From Octopus sinensis (Eukaryota): a stretch of DNA of 64,000 nt. The translations under genes and the position numbers were made by a program. Under the pieces are notes generated by a model. The model was not told the origin of the DNA and searched no databases. It was given only the letters and a program-made list of their open reading frames with translations. This document shows, piece by piece, positions 13,310 through 27,169 of this stretch; position 1 is the stretch's first letter, and each line of letters starts with the position of its first letter. The DNA lies in assembly GCF_006345805.1 (NCBI RefSeq), contig NC_043015.1:11966001-12030000 (forward strand), written 5' to 3'.

Positions 13310-13810
13310 GTTTGTCGACTACACAGTATACTAGGGCTAGTTGGGCACCGTCTCTCAAACAACAGCACTGCGACGCAATTCACTCTCCCAGAAATTTAGA
13401 AACGACATGCTGTACTACTTGACATTCGTCCTGCAAGCTCTAATACGAACATTTCAGAGTGTTTGGGTGTCAGTCTGAAGACAGTGCAGTGGATTCGAAA
13501 AGAGTTGAATGAGTCCAATGGTGATTACAGAGGTACGGCATATCGTTCTGATAAGAAAAGCACTCCTGAATTTGTTGGTGCGATCCAAGATATGATTGGC
13601 AACGATTCCTCCGAGTCAATCAGGGTCATGGGAGTGTCTGAGTTTCTTATCAGGCAAGTAGTGCATGAAGACATTCGATACTCCTCATACAAGATGAGAA
13701 ATAGCCAATATTTATCGCAAGCCATCAAGGAAAAAAGGAAAGACTGCGCTACGAAGATTTTGAACAAATTCAAGCATCCCTTCCAATCGAACATGCTTTG
13801 GTTTTTCTAT
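13310..13810 (+). mobile_element. maT-like transposase relic, N-terminal part
   Basis: ORF 13463-13840 LKTVQWIRKELNESNGDY...VVHEDIRYSSYKMR...NMLWFF; overlaps in sequence with relics at 2760 and 60135. Confidence 0.8.
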
Positions 13811-14210
13811 TTTGTCTGCTGGGACCATGAGGCGCTGTGACAACCTTTTTAGATATTTCTACACTTTGATGAAGAGAAATTAAACAAACACACAACCATT
13901 CTTTCAAATATTCGCTGATGCGTGCTGATATCTGCCAAACTAATAAAAACGAATTAATTCCTAATTAAAAAATATTACAGTGAGAAAATGACTTTAGATA
14001 AGAACAGGACAAAACTAAAACCTATTTGTATGTATATATATGTCTATCTATCTAAATACAAACATATAACTATCTAAACATATACATGTGTGTATATATA
14101 TATGTGTGTGTGTGTGTGTGTTTGTGTATGTATATATATAAATGTGTGTGTATGTATATATACATATATATGTATGTATAAATATATGTATATATATATG
14201 TATACTTGTG

Positions 14211-14253
<43 letters not shown>

Positions 14254-14616
14254 TTGTGTATGTATATATATAAATGTGTGTGTATGTATATATACATATA
14301 TATGTATGTATATATACATATATATGTATGTATAAATATATGTGTATAAATATATGTGTCTGTGTGTGTGAGTGTGTGTGTGCGTGTGTGTTTGTGTGTG
14401 TGTGTGTGTATGTGTGTGTGTGTGTGCTCGCGTGTGCAAAATCATTTCAATCTGGAATACAAAAGAAAACTAATTGAAGAAGTAAATATTCGTTATCAAT
14501 ATCCTGCAAGACTGGAAAGCCTGGAAAGATAGGAACTGAATGCTCGCAATGATTTTGAAAATAATATTTCAACCAAAAGTTTAAAATGAACACTGACAGA
14601 TAAATAAATAAATGAG

Positions 14617-14998
14617 AAGCACTCCGTCGGTTACGACGATGAGGGTTCCGGTTGATCCGAATCAACGGAACAGCCTGCTCGTGAAATTAACGTGTAAGTG
14701 GCTGAGCACTCCACAGACACGTGTACCCTTAACGTAGTTCTCGGGGATATTCAGCGTGACACAGAGAGTGACAAGGCCGGCCCCTTGAAATACAGGTACA
14801 ACAGAAACAGGAAGTATGAGTGAGAGAAGTAGTGGTGAAAGAGTACAGCAGGGATCACCACCATCCCCTGCCGGAGCCTCGAGGAGCTTTTAGGTGTTTT
14901 CGCTCAATAAACACTCACAACGCCCGGTCTGGGAATCGAAACCGCGATCCTATGACCGCGAGTCTGCTGCCCTTACCACTGGGCCATTGCGCCTCCAC
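14617..14998 (-). mobile_element. tRNA-derived SINE family C, full length
   Basis: Head GGCGCAATGGCCCAGTGG...GGTTTCGATTCCC; near-identical copy at 22515-22890. Confidence 0.9.
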
Positions 14999-15074
14999 TA
15001 AATAAATAAATAGGAAGATGAAGAGAGAGAAAGATTGTGTGGGGGGGGGTCGGTCTCTATGTTTGCATACGTTT

Positions 15075-15285
15075 GTTTCGAATTTTGGCAGAAGGTCAGC
15101 AATTTCGAGGGTGGGTCTATGCTGATTACATCGACCCAAGTACTCGACTGGTACTTGTTTTATCGACACCCAAAAGATGAAAAGCAAAGTCGACGCCGCT
15201 GCAATTTGAGCTCAGACGTTATAGACAGACAAAAAAGCCGCTAAATATTTCATCAGACGTCTTAACGACCCAGCCAGCTCGCCTT
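15075..15285 (-). mobile_element. SINE family A copy
   Basis: Core and head as above, more diverged. Confidence 0.8.
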
Positions 15286-15288
15286 TTA

Positions 15289-15345
<57 letters not shown>

Positions 15346-15621
15346 TGTGTGTGTGTTTGTACACACTTTATTTGTGTATTAAGACTACCATTAGTTTCAT
15401 GTTAAGAAAACAAGTCAATATCTTAACACTTTTTCAAGCTGATCACATAGGAGAATGGTGTTCGTCTCCATTTTAGATTAAAATACCATTCCTGCATGTG
15501 ATCGGCTTGAAAAATTGTTATGATATTAAGATATTTCTTAACATGAAACTTTCTTTAGCCTTAATACACAAATAAAAATTTTATCTACCAATACGTTGTT
15601 GAGCAATGTTCAACATTCACG

Positions 15622-15825
<204 letters not shown>

Positions 15826-16854
15826 ATATGTGTGTTTATATCAAGAGTATAACATCAATGCATTTGGACGAAGTTTTCTTTTCTTTTCTTAATGCAGTGT
15901 ATGGTTTTTCTAGGGTCTTTTATGTTTAGGGCTCTTCTTTTACCTTAATATCCAACTAACTACATTGGAACTGTATTTTGCGAATGGAAAGGCAGTATAT
16001 ATATAACCGTAATCTTATTTCTGGTATGGGTTTTTTCCTTATCTTTGTCTTATAGCACATCTCCAATGTCCTCTTTCATGTTTGTATGTTATATCTTATC
16101 ATTTCCTTTTATCTTCTAAGTACTTTAATTACTGGCACCTTTTTCATTTTCTTTTAAAGCCTATAGAAAATATAACTAAGATTTTCAATTTTAATTAATT
16201 TATCTCTCCATACCTTATGTGTATTAATCCACATCTCGCTTTGGTATCGCATCTGAATTCATGAACAGGATTTATTTCTAATTGCTGATTTGCATTTTCT
16301 CTATAGTTTTAAATCAACTAGCTGTGTGGTTAAGAAGTTATTAAGAAACTAACTTTGCAACCACGTAGTTTCTGGTTCAGTTCCACTCCGCAGCACCATG
16401 AACAAAAGTCTTCTACTATTGCTCTATGCCAAGCAATACCTTATGAGTGAATTTGGTAAACGGAAATTGTCTATTACATAACTAATATGATTATGAAACA
16501 GCTGTAGACTAATGAAATGAAAACCTATTCTCTTATTAATTGATATAGATACTCTCTACAATTGTCATTCCTGGATTTTTAGACCAATGCTGAGGTTTAT
16601 CCTAACCTTAACCACGGTCCTTGTTGTTAGCCATACACTTCGCGACCTAGGGTTAAAAGTCAATATAAATATGTTTCAAATCGAAACGGCAGTGGAACGC
16701 ACAGCAGTAATAAAAAAAATTAGAATGACAAACAATTAAACAATTGTTAAACTCCATTAGCTTAGAGCTGTTTCTGCGGAATGATGTTCACAACACAGTT
16801 GTTTATTCTTGTGTCATTTTAAGGTCGAGTGTATATATATAGGCCATTCCAAGT

Positions 16855-17155
16855 AGACCTCACACATGGTTCCAGCAAGATGGGGCGACAGCTCATACCG
16901 CAACAGAAACAATGCAGTTCCTACGGCGGTGCTTTGGAGAGAGAATAATCTCCCGCTACGGCAATGTCAACAGGCCTTCACGTTCCCCAGACTTGACTAG
17001 TCCGGATTTTTTCTTGAGGGGATACCTGAAAGAGAGGGTTTATGTCAACAAACTGGAGACCCTGGTGCGACTGAAGGAGAACATCTTAGAGAAATCAGAG
17101 AAGTGACGTCTGAAACTCTTGAACGTGTTATGGTGCAGGTCTTGGAAAGAGCATG
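16855..17155 (+). mobile_element. Tc1/mariner DD41D (rosa-type) transposase C-terminal fragment
   Basis: WFQQDGATAH...SRSPDLTSPDFFLRGYLKERVY; I count 41 residues between the second and third catalytic aspartates. Confidence 0.8.
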
Positions 17156-17470
17156 GGCGCCCGAGGCCGAAAATGGCTGCAAAGGGAATCCTTCATCGAA
17201 GACCGGTGCTTACCATGCATTGACAAGAGGCAATGACCTCGAAACTATAGTCCGTATGTAGTACCCGGATCTTCGAGGGAGGATGACCTCCCTTTACAAA
17301 CAAACAAGGACACTGAGATAGTGTCTAAAGTCCTTCTGGTGACGTTGATCGCCTGGGGCTAAAAGCATCAGTAACCCCCCCCCCCCAGTGCCTAGCCACA
17401 TTCAGATGGCTGATACCCCTTACGTTGTCGAGCGGTTACTGTTTATATCTCGTTCAGAGATTTATTATTG

Positions 17471-17513
<43 letters not shown>

Positions 17514-17659
17514 GTAAATAGAGGACGGCATTTTGTTTCCAATCCCACTCATTTTCTAACAGCAATATTATTATTTCTTCCTCTCTCCACCCTGTATTAT
17601 TCTTCCCACTAAATATTACTAGTTTATTGTTGTTGCTGTTGTTGTGTACATTATTATTA

Positions 17660-17691
<32 letters not shown>

Positions 17692-17769
17692 ACATTTTAT
17701 TATTATTATTTTCTATTATCATTAAGGCGGTGATCTGACAGAATCGTAAGCACGCCGGGCAAAATGCCA

Positions 17770-18730
17770 AACACTCCATCTCGGTATTACCTTGAGTCTT
17801 GACTGCAGTCTCCAATCAAAGACTCGAACAACGAAAAGAAGTTTTCAGACACCCATAGTTCTCCTTTATTTTCGTCGTCTTCCATATATTCCTGGAAATG
17901 TGTAAGCCTAAATGCTTGCATACACTTCATTAGCGACAGCATCCCAAGACCATCGTTAATTGAGTACTGGAGACAGAAGAATCTGACAAGTGAAACTTGT
18001 CTCTTGTGTCATAAGTAGTAAAAAACAGCAAGCCGTTTGGTCAAGCCCGTTTGGTCAAAAGTTTCTTGGAACGAAGTCAACAGCTATGTGACAGTACACC
18101 ACTGAGTCGATATAGGTGTTACCCATCCCCTCAACAGACCTTTCAGAGACACGTCAGTCTTTTTCTAAGAAAGACTTATGGTCACAAAGTTTTCTGTTCC
18201 TATGACCCAGGCGGTCTGGACCACACCAGAATCCGAGACCTGAACTATGCCCTCGGTCCCGTGACACAAATTGCTTTTGTCCGAAGTGTATTTGTAAATT
18301 ATAAAGCTCTTGAGGTTGACGAGAAAGTCTCAGCAGCCTCTGCCAGAGAACTTTGGAGTTGGAAACTATGGACAACTCCTAAAAGTTCTCAAGAAGAGAC
18401 TGGCAAACAGAGGTGCATTACTGTTCAAGACAAGATTTACAGGTACACAAGTGCCAATAGCCGAACCAGTCTGAGATGCGTGAAGATCGCCGAAACTTTC
18501 CTGCACGTTATTGTTCAGTGCTCGCACATTACTGATTTGTGGACATATATCGAACAGCTGCGCTTGTGTGTAAGCATAATCCAGTTATTATCAGTGTGTT
18601 TGCGTAAATTTCCTTACTGACAGCGAAAAGGCACTTCTTACTATATTTTTCTGGAGTGTATTGTTTTGTAATATTGTTTATTTGTTTGGCGACTGCACGT
18701 GCAGATGTACTTCATTGAAACATCATGAAG
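17770..18730 (+). mobile_element. L1/Tx1-clade LINE 3' fragment
   Basis: ORF 18051-18620 contains VQDKIYRY...RC...ETFLHVIVQC..ITDLW, a degenerate zf-RVT (CCHC) motif; abuts a family A SINE head at 17724-17768. Confidence 0.75.
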
Positions 18731-18767
18731 TGATTGTTTAATTTGTGCGTGTGCGTTTGTGTGTGTG

Positions 18768-18825
<58 letters not shown>

Positions 18826-18844
18826 CGTGTGTGTATGAAGACGC

Positions 18845-19090
18845 TTGGCTCAGTGTTTAGGGTATTCGGATCACAATCGTAAGCTTGTGATCGATTTTTG
18901 GTGTGCGCTGTACCATTGAACAAGGCGCTTTACTTCTCGTTTCTCCTGTCCACTCAGATGGCAAAAAATGAGTTCTAGCTGTAATTCAGAGAGCCAGCTT
19001 TGTCACATTCTGTGTTACGCTAGATTTCGCTGAGAACAACATTGAGGGTATGTGTGTCTGTGGAGTACTCAGCCACATCCACGTTAAATT
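18845..19090 (+). mobile_element. SINE with CORE-like body and family C-like 3' part
   Basis: tRNA-like head, TTGAACAAGGCGCTTT..., then GCCAGCTTTGTCACA...GTCTGTGGAGTACTCAGCC shared with family C. Confidence 0.65.
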
Positions 19091-19118
19091 GGTAAGCACA
19101 CACAAACACACATTATTA

Positions 19119-19530
19119 GGCGCAGGAGTGGCTGTGTGGTAAGTAGCTTGCTTACCAACCACATGGTTCCAGGTTCAGTCCCACTACGTGGCTCCTTGGG
19201 CAAGTGTCTTTTACTATAGCCTCGGGCCGACCAAAGCCTTGTGGGTCGATTTGGTAGACGGAAACTGAAAGAAGCCCGTCGTATATATGTATATATATAT
19301 ATATATGTATGCGTATGTGTGTTTGTGTGTGTCTGTGTTTGTCTCTCAAGCATTGCTTGACAACCGATGCTGGTGTGTTTATGTTCCCGTCACTTAGCGG
19401 TTCAGCAAAAGAGACCGATAGAATAAGTACTGGGCTTACAAAGAATAAGTCCCGTAGTCGAGTTGCTCGATTAAAAGGTGGTGCTCCAGCATAACCGCAG
19501 TCAAATAACTGAAACAAGTAAAAGAGTAAA
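19119..19530 (+). mobile_element. SINE family B (CORE-type), full length
   Basis: GGCGCAGGAGTGGCTGTGTGGTAAG head, GGTTCAGTCCC B box, CCTTGGGCAAG core, internal TA/TG microsatellite, tail GGTGGTGCTCCAGCATAACCGCAG. Confidence 0.9.
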
Positions 19531-19539
19531 TATATACAC

Positions 19540-19575
<36 letters not shown>

Positions 19576-20307
19576 GGGGAGAGAGAGAGAGGGGGGGAGA
19601 GAAGACTTAGGATATCGGTTTTCTTAGAGAGCCGATTGCACTTGTCGATATTGTATCGACATACATGTCAACGAATCGCCGATTTGTTATTTTCGTCATC
19701 TGTTTTCAATAACGTAGATCTATGGTATGCAAACATATACCTTCGAGACACAATCTGTCCATCATTATCGTTGTTAGTATTTTCTCCCAGGTCAAGCTTG
19801 GTCGAGCATATCTATTGTCAAACGTATTCCATCCGCAACCATTCTGTCTTATTTTCAAGTATATTAAGACAAGAGCTACTTTATCCAGCCTGTTTTTATT
19901 CTATGTCATAATAGATTATAGATTTGATAGAGATTTGGCTTTTATTTCTAGCAAGTCGAGCGACTACGTAGAAGCTTCGTTGAGGATCACCATTATAAGT
20001 AGCGATGATCATATTAGAAAAGTCATGCGAATTTTATTATTTTGCAATGTAGAGCTTAATTAATCTTCCCTTAAGTCTCTACACTATGACATGGCATATT
20101 CAAATGCATCCTGACTCCTATAACCATATCGAGAAGAAGACGTTTGTGAATTTCTGGCCATCAAATGTGTTGCAGCCCATTACTTCAAGACCTCTTTATG
20201 TGTTCCTTACTTATCTATGTATCTATTAATCTATACATATATACGGGTGTGTAGATATATATGAATATGTATATGTGAATATGTGTGGGTATGTGTGCAT
20301 GCGTCCG

Positions 20308-20367
<60 letters not shown>

Positions 20368-20417
20368 CATTTATGTATGTATATATATATACACACATAT
20401 ATATATACATATATGTA

Positions 20418-20458
<41 letters not shown>

Positions 20459-20884
20459 TATATATATTATATATATATATACATATATATATATACATAC
20501 ACATCCCATACGTTGCCAGTAAAATTGGCTTCTCTGTAAAACTGGTTCTTAATAGTAGTTCTTCAGATCTACTTATGTTGTATTATATTGCACTCTAATG
20601 GACAGGCAGCATTAAAACAACTGTTTTGTGATGAATTTATAGCAAATTATGAAGACACATTAGTTCCCTAGACGAAGTTTAAAATCTAATACCCTTCATG
20701 TTGGAAAATGAAATCTACTGGCTTCTCAATTTACACATTTTATTCTAGGTTTTATAATGCCTTGCTAAAGATTGTAGACTATAATATTAAAAAAATAATA
20801 ATACGAATTTTCATTTTGTTTTATATACATTTTAAAGATCATTGAATAATATATCCGCAATTACTAAGTACCTATCTATCTGAA

Positions 20885-21245
<361 letters not shown>

Positions 21246-21951
21246 TATGTATATATTTATAGGATAAAAAAATTACCCATACGTGTATGAATCTTATAAC
21301 TTATCTGAAGCTCGTATCAATTTGCATGTGCGTGTATATGTGTGTCTTTGTGTATGTGTGTGTGTGTGCGTGCGCGCACCTGTCCTCTTAACAGGCGTTC
21401 TTTCATGCACTTTATGTTAGTTTATTCTCTTTAAAATAATTTCGATCGACCTACTCCTTCCCTCCACTCGAGGAAGCCAGAACTACATACTCTATTTTCT
21501 CATCGCCAGACTATGCTCATTAACCAAATCTGAATGTCAATTCTTCGTTTGTCACATATACATATGTAGTCAAGAGGACGTAACCCAAACTGTCGACAAT
21601 ACGTTCGGTTTAAGACTAATCCTTACCTATCTAAGATTACGACCGGTGGATATTCTTTCGTAGGTAACTGTATTAGTATTTAACTATCCCCATGAGCGCG
21701 AAGTGTGTGCTGCAGGAGAACTGCGCATCCCCAAGATCACTCTAAACAAAACTCTGCGCAAGTTCTGTCTTCTTTCTTTCTTCTCCCCACCTCAAAGTCC
21801 TGTGGCAGGATGGATGCTACTATTTCAAGGCCAGCTTCACTAGCACTCCTTATTTTCTGATTTCAATTCGCTGATTATCTCGCTGCTACAGCTCATAACC
21901 CATCTCACATCTAGAACATTGTGTTGTCCTTGTTTAGCATTTGTTGTGATT

Positions 21952-22157
21952 TACAGTTCTATATTTAAGAGATGAAGAATTATGTACATTACTTACACTA
22001 TTTACATTATTTACATTCGACGGATATTTGTCCTAATCTTGCTTGTTGTTAACACAACGTTTCGGCTGATATACCCTTCAGCCTTCTTCAGGTGTCTTGG
22101 GAAAATTTCGAACCTAGGTTCTCATTCCTAAGGTATTTTTCGATGTTCTTATCATCA

Positions 22158-22192
<35 letters not shown>

Positions 22193-22334
22193 GTTATTGT
22201 TCAGGTCACTGCTTGGAATCGAACTCGGAATCTTGGGGTTAGTAGCCCGCGCTCTTAACCACTACGCCATATGCCCACGGGCAACAACAAACAAGATGAG
22301 GACAAATATCCGTCGAATGTAAATAATGTAAATA
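21952..22334 (-). mobile_element. tRNA-headed short element with hammerhead ribozyme and 52-bp inverted repeat
   Basis: Minus strand order: inverted copy (22283-22334), tRNA-like head with A box TGGCGTAGTGG and B box GAGTTCGATTCC (22205-22279), (AAT)n, hammerhead, downstream segment (21999-22050). Confidence 0.8.
22051..22096 (-). ncRNA. minimal type-I hammerhead ribozyme, intact core
   Basis: GACAC-CUGAAGA-A-GGCUG(loop AAGGGUAUAU)CAGCC-GAAA-C-GUU-GUGUU: stem I 5 bp (one GU), stem II 5 bp, loopless palindromic stem III. Confidence 0.8.
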
Positions 22335-22514
22335 GTTTGTGGTGTTTTATTAGATTATTATACTCCTGTCGATTTCGTTTACTTCTTAGGTTGTCACTAT
22401 TATGACACCTGACTCAACTGTGAAATCTGACCTGCATATGGTCGCTAGTCTTAATAGACATGTCAGACAAATCTTCTTTAAATTACACTTATAATCTTTA
22501 AAAAAATTTTTTTT

Positions 22515-22890
22515 AAGCACTCCGTCGGTTACGACGATGAGGGTTCCGGTTGATCCGAATCAGCGGAACAGCCTGCTCGTGAAATTAACGTGTAAGTAGC
22601 TGAGCACTCCACAGACACGTGCACCCTTAACGTAGTTCTCGGGGATATTCAGCGTGACACAGAGTGTGACAAGGCCGGCCCTTTTGAAATACAGGCATAA
22701 CAGAAACAGGAAGTAAGAGAAAGTTGTGGTGAAAGAGTACAGCAGGGATCACCACCATCCCCTGCCGGAGCCTCGTGGAGCTTTTAGGTGTTTTCGCTCA
22801 ATAAACACTCACAACGCCCGGTCTGGGAATCGAAACCGCGATCCTATGACCGCGAGTCCGCTGCTCTAACCACTGGGCCATTGCGCCTCC
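22515..22890 (-). mobile_element. SINE family C, full length
   Basis: Near-identical to 14617-14998. Confidence 0.9.
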
Positions 22891-23899
22891 CTTTAAAATA
22901 TAGATACATTAGATAATGCAGTGTGATTACATTACTTTTGGAAAACAAAACGATGGTATAACCATAACTAGTATTCCTTCTATTACACGTCTAAATCTAA
23001 ATAACAAAAACATATTTACTTTTCTTTACAACTAACAATGTGGGTCATGAAATATTTTAGAGCTTTTTGCACCAGGCAAATATCTGAGCGTTCGGTTATG
23101 TCCACACAAAATAAGAAATCTTCAGACATGAATCCGATATTTTTATTCAGCTCGGAAATTAAAAACACTTTCAAATTATATATGAAGGAAATGTAATGAC
23201 AACAGAAATAGTGCTGTGTTAATGGTAATGGAAGAGACAAGCAAAGGAACAGCTGCAGAAATAAATTAAACAGAGAACAAAGACACGATTCGTATGAAGC
23301 CGACGTTGGAGTGAGTAATGGCGAATGAATTTAAACCTTGGCTGAAGTGTCAAATCTCTTCTGAGGAAACAGTTCACGATTAGCTAAACTATCTAATCCT
23401 TTTATTCTTAATCACAATAACTCATGAAGCCGTTGCTTATCTTCGATTTCGCTAGCATTGAGAGGAAGAAAATAAATAGTTACTTTTTTTTTTTTTCATT
23501 TAAAGCTGGTTCTGTTTCTTTTGGTTTTAGTATGCGTATTTTGTTGTTTTTTTTCTGATTTAGTCGGAGAACGAAAGACAGATTTCATGACTTTTCATCA
23601 GTCTCCAAGCTTGGTAGGAAAAAGGATGTGTGGAGTTACTCTCAAACATAACACCTCACAGGAACATTTGTAACTTAACTGATTAAACTAAAAGGTTTCA
23701 AAAGAATCATATTCCAAGTGGTGGCGTCCAATCGGATGTCGTTGTTCACTCAAAAAAAGTGTCAGACGGAAATTGGTTGGCATTCACAACGTTCATACTC
23801 TTTGTATATACATACAGATCGTCCACAAATGAGGTTGGTGTTTCTCTTTTCCTGTGAATCAATTGATGCTGTACATTTTTAGCTTAATACAATGACAAC

Positions 23900-24400
23900 A
23901 GCTTTTGGATTTCTTCTCACCACTCTGCACGTTGATTAAACTCTGCTTCACTCCAGATTTTTCTCCAAAACCAGTCCTTATTTTCTCGGAAGGAGCTTCT
24001 ATGATATTTGGTGATTGTGACCTCCCCACCTCGCATCTCTATAAACTGCAGATTTTCTTAAAATTTCTTGTAAATTATTTTTTCTTTCAGCTGCTCCTTT
24101 CTCATGTCGGAGAATTTTATTGACAGATTTTAACTCCTATTCTTTGGAGGGGTGATTAATTTGTATTCTGCTTTTATCTTTTTTATTGACTTCTAATGTT
24201 GTTTCTATTTTATTTTTCCGTATTTGTTGGTGAAAAGTGTAGTTATCTGGAGTGTTTTGCATGCAATAAGGAACAGCACAAAACTAATAGTTCTCCTTAT
24301 AATCTTTTCCCCATTATCTAAACCTATGTGTGCTTTCTTTATAGCTTTTACCTTTCTTTGAGCTCCTCAGTATCTCCAAAATGTTACATATAGTTACTGA
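23900..24400 (-). mobile_element. probable R4/Dong-like LINE fragment
   Basis: Decayed translation DWFWRKIWSEAEFNQRAEW resembles FWS.IW....HN..AEW of R4-clade ORFs. Confidence 0.45.
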
Positions 24401-24702
24401 CAAGGCTTATAATAAAATGCCAGTTTGAAAAATAAAAAATCCTTACACTGTTACAAATATTAGATCGATTTCGTTGGTCACCGTTAGAATCAGTTAGTGT
24501 TTTTTTCTTTTATTTGTTTCAGTGATTGGACTGCAGCCATGCTAGAACAACGCCTTCAAAGGTTTAATCGAAGAAATCAACCCTAGTTCATACTTTGTTA
24601 ACGTTTGCTATTTATTCTATTGCACCCTTTTGCGAACGTCTAAGTAACGGTGACACTGGCAGCCAGTGAGGGGACAAGTACAAAGACATTCATACATATA
24701 AC

Positions 24703-25200
24703 AGCAGTATCAGTACCAAACTGCGTTTATGCATAAGCGAACTTTAGGTTAGTTAAAATGTGTTTGTAGCATATTTCAATTTCTAAAGACAAGTTCACTG
24801 CAGTTACTGTGGAGAAAAAATTCTCTCTAAATGGTAAAAGGTTATAAAAACACCATATCTGTCCAGTGCTACCCCTGTCAGATTCCCAGGTGCGTGTTCA
24901 GCTCTTTAGCCGTTATCAAAGGGAAATACCAAAGAGAGACAACTCTGGACAGACTTAATTAAAGCGTGGTTTTAACTAAATCATAGTCAATAACATCGAC
25001 TTAGTTGAGCCATTAGACCGCCAGGTCGGAATAAATCATAGCAGTATCAGTATTAAGTAGTGTTTAGGCGTAAGCGAACTTTGGTAGTTAAAATATGTTT
25101 GTGATATATTTCAACTTCTAAAAGCAAATTCGCTGCAGTTACTGCGGGGGCGGGGAATTCTTCTTATGGTAAAAAGGTGAAAAAACGCCATATCTGTCCA
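24703..25200 (+). repeat. two tandem copies (about 340 bp apart) of an unclassified dispersed repeat; third copy at 59065-59270
   Basis: Shared AGCAGTATCAGTA...AGTTAAAAT.TGT...CTGCAGTTAC...ATGGTAAAA.G...ATATCTGTCCAG. Confidence 0.8.
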
Positions 25201-25906
25201 GGGTGTATGAGGCGTTACAGGGTGTATGAGGTATCAGAAAGGAGGTAGCACTTTTTTACGAGGGAAACACGTCGCACTCTTAGGGATAGTTCGTCTGTTT
25301 TCATCTCTGCCTGGGACACAACCCTTACCTCCAAGTAACTGTTTGCATGTAACAGCGGCAACACACCAGTCAAACTGCTTCGACTGGCAGTATAAACCAG
25401 GTGAAGGTAACCAACGAGTATGTAACAGGTTTCCTGTTAATTGCAATTAAGACACATAGTGTTAAAATCAGCACCTGTTTCTGCTATCTTAGTGTCAGAA
25501 ATAGAAATTTCAAGCGAGAAATATTGAACATCTCAACCAACTTGACTCGTAAATAAATTAAAGTAGAATATCAAATTCCGATATTTTCCATTTCAGTGTA
25601 TATATCTGATAATATCTAAGAATAAATACGCTATAAGCTAATTAATCAAATAATTAATTATGTTGCGTTTCTTAATCAAATAAATTCAGCAAAAGGTGAT
25701 TTTTTTTATATTGACTTCGGGATTACCTTTACATAGTACTTGTTTGAAGTCAGCATTAAAAGTCGAACAGTCAGCATGAGTATAGTTATCTTGTTATTGG
25801 TGTTGATGTTGTTGGCTTAACCCACAGGTTAATTTTTATCGACTGAAATAAAGGTGTGTCAGACATAATGTGGCTATGACCTGTTCATTTTTCTTTTACT
25901 TTAGAG

Positions 25907-25939
<33 letters not shown>

Positions 25940-25959
25940 GTATGTATCTATATACGCGC

Positions 25960-26340
25960 GGGCATGGCGAAGTGGTAAGAAGTTCGCTTGCTTACCATAT
26001 GGTTTTGCGTTCGGTCTCACTGCATCATATTTGGGGCGTAAACAGAAAGAAGGCAGACATACACATACGAGCTCGCGCGTCTAAGTGTCTATGCATATAT
26101 GTATGTATATATGTGTGCATCTTTGCGTTTCTGTTTGTTTCCCACCACCGCTTGAAACCGGTGTTGGTTTGTATATGTCACCGTAATCTAGCGCTTCTGC
26201 AAAAAAGAACGATAGAATAATTACCAGACTTAAAAAGAAAATAAGTCCTGGAATGAATCGATTTGTTCAACCAAAACTCTTCAAGGTGTTGCCCCAGCAC
26301 GGCCGCTGTGCAGTTCAATGACTAAAACAATTAAAAGATT
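25960..26340 (+). mobile_element. SINE family B copy, diverged
   Basis: tRNA-like head and tail GGTGTTGCCCCAGCACGGCCGC. Confidence 0.7.
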
Positions 26341-26427
26341 TTAAAATATGATGAAATTATCATATATTCCTTCTCTGTTTCTGAGATGCTAAATGCTAAA
26401 ATGTAATTTAGTTTCTATTTCTACCAG

Positions 26428-26575
26428 GTCGGACGACCGTTGTTCCTTGGACGACTGTCCTTTGACAGCTGTGAACTTCAATACCACTATTCAACAGTGC
26501 CGTTTGAATATGGCCAGTCAAGTTAGTGTCAAGTCTCGGCTATGGGCCTACCGAGGTTCAAGTGATAAGATATGA
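26428..26575 (+). CDS. candidate exon with PAN/Apple-like cysteine pattern
   Basis: Acceptor tttctatttctaccag; frame SDDRCSLDDCPLTAVNFNTTIQQCRLN; possible donor GTTAGT at 26522, or stop at 26573-75 overlapping AATAAA. Confidence 0.3.
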
Positions 26576-27169
26576 ATAAAGAAAATATTAGTCGATTGCG
26601 TGTTATCATAACGATATGGCCAGCTGTGACAGCCTCTGTGTAATGCCATAATACAATTTTATCGACTTCGCTTTGATGGAATGATAAACTAGAAGTATCA
26701 TATAGCTGTTGAGTTTCCAGATATCCAACATTTTGTGTTGCTATGTTTAAGTGTATGTACGATCTAGCACTGGTATTACTACTTCATGTCAGCTGTCCAG
26801 ATAGACGGGTAATTTTATTTCCGCTTTCTCTCCGAGTATATTTCGTCAGTAAGATTGATGATACTGAGAAATAATAATAAAAAAAAAACAAGAAACTTAA
26901 GAAAGAATTAGATAAAGAGAGAAATAAAATATTTTATGTTCATACTTCTTCGTTCACAGTTGGAGGTGTTGATATTTATAGAAGGAATAAATAAATATTC
27001 TGTGCATTGGCTGAGCAGTTAAATATGGTTTATGATTCATGAACTTAGACATGCTGACTTTGCATTGTTGTGAGTTCTTCGGCGGCATTCTTGACACATA
27101 ATTATTTTTCTATTTTGCATGGAAGATACTGTATCAATGCAATTTTTATGTTGGAGCTGTTAAATCTAG

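Noticed and set aside
20520-20640. minus-strand [17 protein letters not shown] (Cys-rich, channel-like)
   Set aside because: Short, ends in a stop codon, no splice signals.
22205-22279. possible tRNA gene
   Set aside because: A and B boxes are present but there is no acceptor-stem complement; it is a SINE-type head. The same applies to the other tRNA-like heads.
23570-23605. hammerhead-like CUGAUGA...GAAA..GUC on the minus strand
   Set aside because: Stem II would be 1 bp and stems I and III rely on wobbles; no family context; compatible with chance.
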